DNA from: Eledone cirrhosa
Lineage: Eukaryota
Length of the DNA stretch: 64,000 nucleotides
Direction: 5' to 3'
Assembly (NCBI GenBank): GCA_964016885.1
Contig: OZ024741.1
Location: forward strand, 14,384,001 to 14,448,000
The notes under the pieces were generated by a model, which was given only the letters and a program-made list of their open reading frames with translations, had not been told where the DNA came from and did no database searches. Below, piece by piece: positions 57,241 to 64,000 of this stretch. The stretch's first letter is position 1. Each line of letters opens with the position of its first letter. The translations under genes were made by a program, and so were the position numbers.

Positions 57241-57305
57241 TTTATTATGCGCATTTCAAAAACAAATATCATCATGGGATGATATTTGCGTTCTCATCAG
57301 ATAAA
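57241..57305 (-). ncRNA. Type-I hammerhead ribozyme
   Basis: Minus strand: TTAT-CTGATGA-GAACGCAAATATCATC-CCAT-GATGATATTTGTTTTT-GAAA-TGCGCA-TA-ATAA. Confidence 0.75.
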
Positions 57306-57365
57306 ATAGGGAGACATGATATGAAGCTTAAAAAACACTTGCGAGCAGTGAAGTGTTAAATCAAC

Positions 57366-57737
<372 letters not shown>

Positions 57738-57774
57738 GTGTGTGTGTGTGTGTGTGAGTGAGTGTGTGTTTGAT

Positions 57775-58188
57775 AGGTCTTCTCGAGTGCTACTGGTAAC
57801 ATGTAACCCAGTACAACCTGTCTCATGGTCGACGACTAAACCGGCAACTCCACCAAGTTTGCTTGGTGAGGAGGGTGATATTTGGACACCCACGGGATGA
57901 AATACAAGAACTCAGTAGAGTCAACGGCCATCCAAATAACTGAGGGCTGTTGTATCTTCTGTGGCAAACATTTGCACCGAGGATATGTGTCGTCAGATCC
58001 AAAAAGTGTGGTTGGTCCTACAAAGCCTTCACCACTTAAAACAAAACTTTGTGTGGGTAGTTCAACATCAGTTCACTTCCTTACATTTCCTCCGGTCTTT
58101 TGCGGGATTGAAATGTCACATGATACACTGTCACCCAGAGAGCTGAACTTTTGTTGGACACTCATATGTCGGATATCGACGGGAGAGT

Positions 58189-58195
<7 letters not shown>
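57775..58195 (+). mobile_element. RTE-like 5' UTR plus APE start (third relative)
   Basis: Shared 5' module; KLCVGS(F)NISSL with a frameshift (cf. APE TFNIRSL); ends CCATCAT(AT)n. Confidence 0.6.
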
Positions 58196-58227
<32 letters not shown>

Positions 58228-58258
58228 GTATATAGTGATAATGACTTGTTAAGGATTG

Positions 58259-58301
<43 letters not shown>

Positions 58302-58308
<7 letters not shown>

Positions 58309-58529
58309 TGTATATATAGTGTATTTTGCAATACACTGTATGCTTAATTAAAACCATTTCGAAGACGTTATGCTGTTGTTTTTGCTGAAAATTTAAAGTA
58401 AGTGAGACTGTCACTACTCTAAAACAATCGCATAATGTCTTCGAAACGCTTTTAATTAAGCATACAGTGTATTGCAAAATACACTGTATATACATTCATA
58501 TATATATCGCTATTTCAGAGCATCAATTC

Positions 58530-58535
<6 letters not shown>
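58302..58535 (+). mobile_element. Fold-back element (~75-bp arms) plus short tail
   Basis: 58302-58375 is the reverse complement of 58425-58503; TTC-GAAA-CGC; flanked by (TA)n. Confidence 0.75.
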
Positions 58536-58597
<62 letters not shown>

Positions 58598-59156
58598 TGT
58601 ATATATCCACAAAAACCAATACTAAAGATAACTGCTTTCACCCAAAGCGAGATATTCTGAAACTGGTGGTGGTGGTGGTGGTGGTGGCAATGATGATGAT
58701 CAAGTTGGTCATTATGATGATGGTCGTGTTGGTTGTCTTGGTGGTGGCGGTAGTGTTGTTGTTGGTGGTTGAGGCGGTGGTGGTAATGGTGATGTTAATG
58801 ATGATGATGATAGGTGGAGCTGGTCGTTTTCGACGTCCTGCTGATCACGATGGTGATGAAACTAATTTTTTCAAAGTTAAATGATTTCTCCAGAACAATT
58901 ATATACGGACATAATGAGAGGAGTAACGTGTATTACTGGTACCTATTTCATTGATATGAAATATGCTTCTGAGAAGAAGAAGAAGAATTTATTTTGCCGA
59001 TTTACAATTTCAGATCGAAGACTTGACTGAATGATTGATTGGAAAGACGAAAAGGAAAAGAGAAGTTAGGTGGGGGAGAAGCTAACTGGAAGAAGGAACT
59101 AAAGAAAGATTTAAAATGAAGCCAGATAGAAAGAAGGAAAGAAAGACAGATATAAA

Positions 59157-59212
<56 letters not shown>

Positions 59213-60199
59213 TAGATGTTAGAAATGAAAGAGGAAAATGAAATAAAGAAATTCAAAATAAAATTCGGTGAAAGAGACGAGGAGAGTGGACAACAACAAT
59301 AACAATAACTACAACAAAAATGAAAGAATTATGAAATAAGATTAAGATAAAAAATATAAAAAGAAGAGAAGGATGTGATGAAGGAATGGGGGGGGGGGGA
59401 TAGACAACAATAACATTTGAAAGGAGAATGTGAAAATAGATTGAATGGAAATGTGAATGAAAAGGGCAACGAAAAAAGTTTGAATAGGAAGTAGAGAAAG
59501 AATGAAAAAGAATGGTATTTGTGAAGGAAAACCTGAAGGTGCGGTGGTGTGGTGTTGAAGTGGAGGGTGTGGGTGAGCTGAGGAGGATGAACTGGGTGGG
59601 GTGGGGTTGAAGTGGAGGGTGTGGGTGAGCTGAGGAGGATGAACTGGGGTGGGGTGGGGTTGAAGAGGAGGGTGTGGGTGAGCTGAGGGGGATGAACTGC
59701 GGTGGGGGGGGGGGGGGGGGTGAAGTGGAGGGTGGGGGTGCGGTGGGGTTGAAGAGGAGGGTGTGGGTGAGCTGAGGGGGAGGAACTGCCGTGGGGGGGG
59801 GGGTTGAAATGGAGGGTGTGGGTGAGCTGAGGGGGATGAGCTGGGGATCGGGTGGTTCTGGTGGGGGTTGGGTTGGGTTGAAGATGAAAAGAGAAAATAA
59901 AAAGCGAGGTAGCAGATGCTTAATGAAAAATTTGTTTATAATAATAGGAAGAAGACGACGAGGAGGAAGAAGAAGAAGAAGATAATAATGACAATGATGA
60001 CGATGATGATGATGAGGAGGAAGAAGAGGAGGAAGAGGAGGAGGAGGAGGGGGATGAGGAGGAGGAGAATAAATGGCTGAATGAGGTTTGGATGGAAGCA
60101 AGGTTGAAATGGCTGCCGGATCTGACATTGAAAAAGGACGAACGGATCGAAATAAATTGAGCGGCACTAAATGGCTGAAATGGCGTTAACACTGTAGCG

Positions 60200-60625
60200 G
60201 GTGGTGGAGGTGGTAGTGGTGGTGGTGGTGGTGGTGGTGGTGGTGGTGGTGGTGGTGGTGGTGGTGGTGGTGGTGGTGAGGGTGATGGTGGTGGTGAGGG
60301 TAGTGGTGGTGGTGGTGGTGGTAGTGGTGGTGGTAGTAGTGATGGTGGTGGTGGTGGTGGTAAGCACAGTGGTGATGCTGGTGGTTATAGTGGTGGTGGT
60401 GTTGGCGGTGGTTGTAGTTGTGGTGTTGGTGATGGTAGTGATGATGGTGGTAGTGATGACGGTGGTGGTGTTGATGATAGTGATGATGGTGTTGGTGGTG
60501 TTGGTGGTGTTGGGGAGAGTAGTGGTGATGGTGATGGTTGTAGTAGTGGTGGCGTTGGTGGTGGTTTTCGTGGTGAGAGTATTGGCTGTGGTGGTATTGA
60601 TGGCGGTAGTGTTGGTGATGCGGGG
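60200..60625. repeat. (GGT)n-derived repeat
   Basis: Direct reading. Confidence 0.9.
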
Positions 60626-60668
60626 TTTCTAGTTGTGAAGGTAGTAGTGGAGATAATGGTGGCATATG

Positions 60669-60732
<64 letters not shown>

Positions 60733-60831
60733 ATACACACGCATGCAAACATACACACACACACACACGTGTATATATATGTATGTATACATATACATCT
60801 ATCTATATATAGACACACACATACACGTGTG

Positions 60832-60884
<53 letters not shown>

Positions 60885-61829
60885 TTACAGTAAGAATTAT
60901 AATTATAAGAAATAAAAGAAGTTAAATAGATTTAAGCCACCAACAGATATTTGCTATGGTGATAGGAGTTCGGCTTATACTTGCTATTTGCTTTCAAGCC
61001 TCTCTATATATGCCAAACGAAATGCTTTCATGTTGTTTTTTAACGATAAGCCCTAATCTCTCGGATGTACATAAATTGCAAGATCTTTTGTTGCTAGTAT
61101 ATAACTGAGCTCTAGAGAAGATGATCTATTTTACGTGCTAACTTATATCTATTTATGTATTCATTTATTTTTTCTCAAATCCCATATGATATAAGATAAA
61201 GACATTTCTGTAACTATTAGGTTTCTGCATGTATGAGTGTGGTTATTAAAGCATAACTTAAAAGGAATAGAGGTTAGGCCAACGTATGTATGATATGAAT
61301 TATTAGTCTGTACATTACATTGGTAAATGATATCGCTCGCTTAGCACTTAGATTCTGCAGGGAATGCACTTGAGTTAATGCCATTACAATTAATATTAAA
61401 TATGAGGTTAGAGTTAATATTAAGAAAGTTAGTTGAATGAAATTTATACAAGTTAAATGACGTTAAGTTTTATGCAAAATTAGGTGTGGTGGTGGAATAA
61501 AAAATATATTAGGGTGTTCCTATTGAATAATTTATAATATCTATGGCGTTGAGGGGAAGTTTTAAGTAGTTTGAAAAATTATCTAGCTGTCGGTGTAGTT
61601 TTCATTAAGTTACAAGGTGAGGTAAACCAATTAATGTTTCATTTTCCGTTTCTATTTGTATGTGATATCGTGTCTAATATTGTAAGTTTGATAATCCAAG
61701 TGAAACGTTTCTAAGTTATTTATAACGTTTCCTGTAGGATTAGAAACATCGTGTAAATACTACTGAACTAGTGTCGTCACTAAAGACAACGACAGGACTG
61801 AACTTATTTAACTTTTAAAAAATCCAGGA

Positions 61830-62090
61830 TTGGTATGCCATATATCTACATTCCAAAACCACCCCATGAGACTTATGACTAACAAACGACTTAGCTACCG
61901 TATTTCTATCAATGAGCTACTCAACATTATCAAATTTAAACCAATCACATCACTAATCAAGTCAAGAGCACTTAAACTGTATGGTCATATCAAAAGTTCA
62001 AATCATGGTATGAGTAAGTTATGCCTAGAAGGAAAGTTAGCCGGAAAAGAGAAGCAGAGGTCGGGAGCCAAAATGCTGACTTGCTAATGT
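61830..62090 (+). mobile_element. Degenerate RTE-like LINE C-terminal fragment
   Basis: RISINELL..KPITSLIKSRALKLYGHI..KLCLEGKLAGK. Confidence 0.6.
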
Positions 62091-62481
62091 CAACTTATGG
62101 ACTGAATTTGACCTTTGCTCTATAAACTCTGCAGATAGTGATCGAACTTTGTGGAGATGAATATCTCATGTTGATGCAGTGTCTGCAAGATGTGGAGTGA
62201 GCGTCTAGGAAGAATATACCTGGGTGACAGGATATATGAGATTTGCGTTTTAAGAAATTAATGGTTTGCATAAAAGAAACCCTATAGCTTTTGTTGATCA
62301 TTGACATGTAGAAGTTGTAAAAAATAAAAATGATATTTTTAATAATTTATATCCGAGATATTAATTACGCAAATGTCCAGTCTATATCTAAGTACAGATG
62401 TAGGATTGAATAGTTGGGAAACTTTGGAGAGATTATGTCTAAGTATAAATATATACTGACGGAATTACTGATGGAATTAAT

Positions 62482-62600
<119 letters not shown>

Positions 62601-62620
62601 ATATAAATATATATATATAT

Positions 62621-63535
62621 ATAGTTAAATAAGATAAAAGGACGATTGGTTACTCCTTCATTACGTTTATTGGTTGGTTACGTTTATTGGTTTCGCCACT
62701 GATCAGCTCAAGGTTCGTTCTGTATCGATCTGACCTGACTCTGTAATCCGCGGCTCGTCAGACCCCGTGTAATGTTAATGGAAGAATGAATACATGTATG
62801 CTTAAGTCAGAAGTTACAATGGTGGTCAGTAAAGTTTATTTTGATTGGTGGATGAGTTCATAGGGATGTTTTTGCCCGTAGTGTATGTGGGGGTGGGGGT
62901 GGGGGTGATGGTTGCGACATAATATTTGCAGGGTAAATTTTACGGTGGATTAAGATTAAAAAGTGGCATAGGGAATATGGGGTACTGGACTGAGGGGTGG
63001 TGGACGTATGGTGATGTGTTTGGTGGTGGTGGTGGTGGGGATGATTTGTTCGACATCATAGTTACAGGGTCGGATTTTAGCATGGGTTTACAAGTTAAAA
63101 CCTGACAGAGAAGACACATAGAACACAATAGTATTGAGAGGAGGGATGTATAGCGAAGTGTTTGTTGGTGGGGGTGAATGGTGCAACATGATATTTACAA
63201 GATATGATCTTACCATGGGTTACATGTGATAGAAGACAAATGTATTGAGATGAAGGACCGTGTGGAAAAGCAAAGTTGGTTATCCCTATGTTGGGTCAGG
63301 GTTAGTGTTTGGCCCTCGGCCGAATGTTTGTGCAGAGAGGGTGGTCATTCTGGTGTGTCTGCAGTTTACATTAACATCCGATCTTGAGTTTATGGCCGAT
63401 TTCAATTTAATGATCTCAGCCGCTTCGGCCAGGCATAATCTACAGTGGGTTTTGTCGTTGGGGAGATGTGCCACACGTCTTTTCATCTGGAATCCCAAGT
63501 TCTTGTCTTTGAGGTTCTATAAACCGGTAATAGAC
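62621..63535 (-). mobile_element. Naiad-like PLE 3' portion: GIY-YIG C-terminus, ~500-bp 3' UTR, family A pLTR and hammerhead
   Basis: NLKDKNLGFQM..HCRLCLAEAAEII..INSRSDVNVNCRH (C.LCL.E..I..N.RS....CRH); then GGGGT-CTGACGA-GCCGC..GTGGC-GAAA at 62684-62766. Confidence 0.85.
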
Positions 63536-63725
63536 AATTATTAAATATATAAATAAATAAATAAATGCCATTGTTAATTAATAAATAAATCAACTAATAC
63601 TTTAACACTTCACACAAAGTAAAATATTTCGTTTTAATCATTTTCTAACACAGAAAAAAGAGAGAGAAAATAAAAAAGGAAAAAAAATATATTTTTCTTC
63701 CTAATAATCGTCTTTTTCTCCCTGT

Positions 63726-63764
<39 letters not shown>

Positions 63765-63777
63765 TCGACATTCGCTA

Positions 63778-63824
63778 TGCTCCGATGATTCCAGACTTCC
63801 CTCTGGAAGAAGCAATTGTCAGCA
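63778..63824 (+). ncRNA. Degenerate hammerhead in a TA-flanked element
   Basis: TGCT-CCGATGA-TTCCAGA-CTTCCC-TCTGGAA-GAAG-CAATTG-TC-AGCA (two core substitutions, all stems intact); AATAAA; tail GGCTCTG..TTGAGC. Confidence 0.65.
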
Positions 63825-64000
63825 AATAAATGTTCTAAACTAAAATTTGATCGTTTTAACACTTTGTATCTCGGCTCTGTAAAACACGAGAATTGGCATT
63901 GAGCTTTTTGTCATACCGGTAACCGGCTAGGACTTAGTACTACCCTACATATTTATAGTTATATCAAGCATATATAAATATAAATATCCTTATTACTATA

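Noticed and set aside
59253-60167. 304-aa Pro-rich ORF
   Set aside because: Derived from purine-rich low-complexity DNA and a ~45-60-bp G-rich tandem repeat at 59550-59850

Overview
Repeat-saturated animal genomic DNA, not prokaryotic. The SINE and LINE families resemble those of coleoid cephalopods (octopus-like; recognised from memory, not from a search). No host protein-coding exon is evident, and nearly all long ORFs in the track are microsatellite artefacts ((TA)n, (CA)n, (GA)n, (TACA)n, (GTT)n, (CTA)n, (GGT)n). Real coding remnants are all from retroelements: Penelope-like (PLE) RT and GIY-YIG pieces, and Tx1, RTE, CR1-like and CRE-like LINE fragments. There are also tRNA-derived SINEs, hAT and mariner MITEs, and a 31x123-bp satellite made from an RTE coding segment. 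The main signal is about 17 different short (100-500 bp) element families sitting inside (TA)n tracts. Many share one architecture: (TA)n, an inverted copy of X, X carrying a type-I hammerhead ribozyme core (CUGANGA...GAAA...UH), an unpaired tail often with an ACTC...GAG(T/C) motif, then (TA)n. One family is physically continuous with a Naiad-type PLE GIY-YIG C-terminus. This points to a diverse population of TA-targeting, ribozyme-bearing, fold-back PLE derivatives. Other notable items are an extended loop-II module shared by two hammerhead families, non-autonomous RTE 5'-end elements, a (TATC)n-associated Tx1 element, and a fold-back with two convergent tRNA-like promoters. All coordinates were read by eye and are approximate to a few bases.
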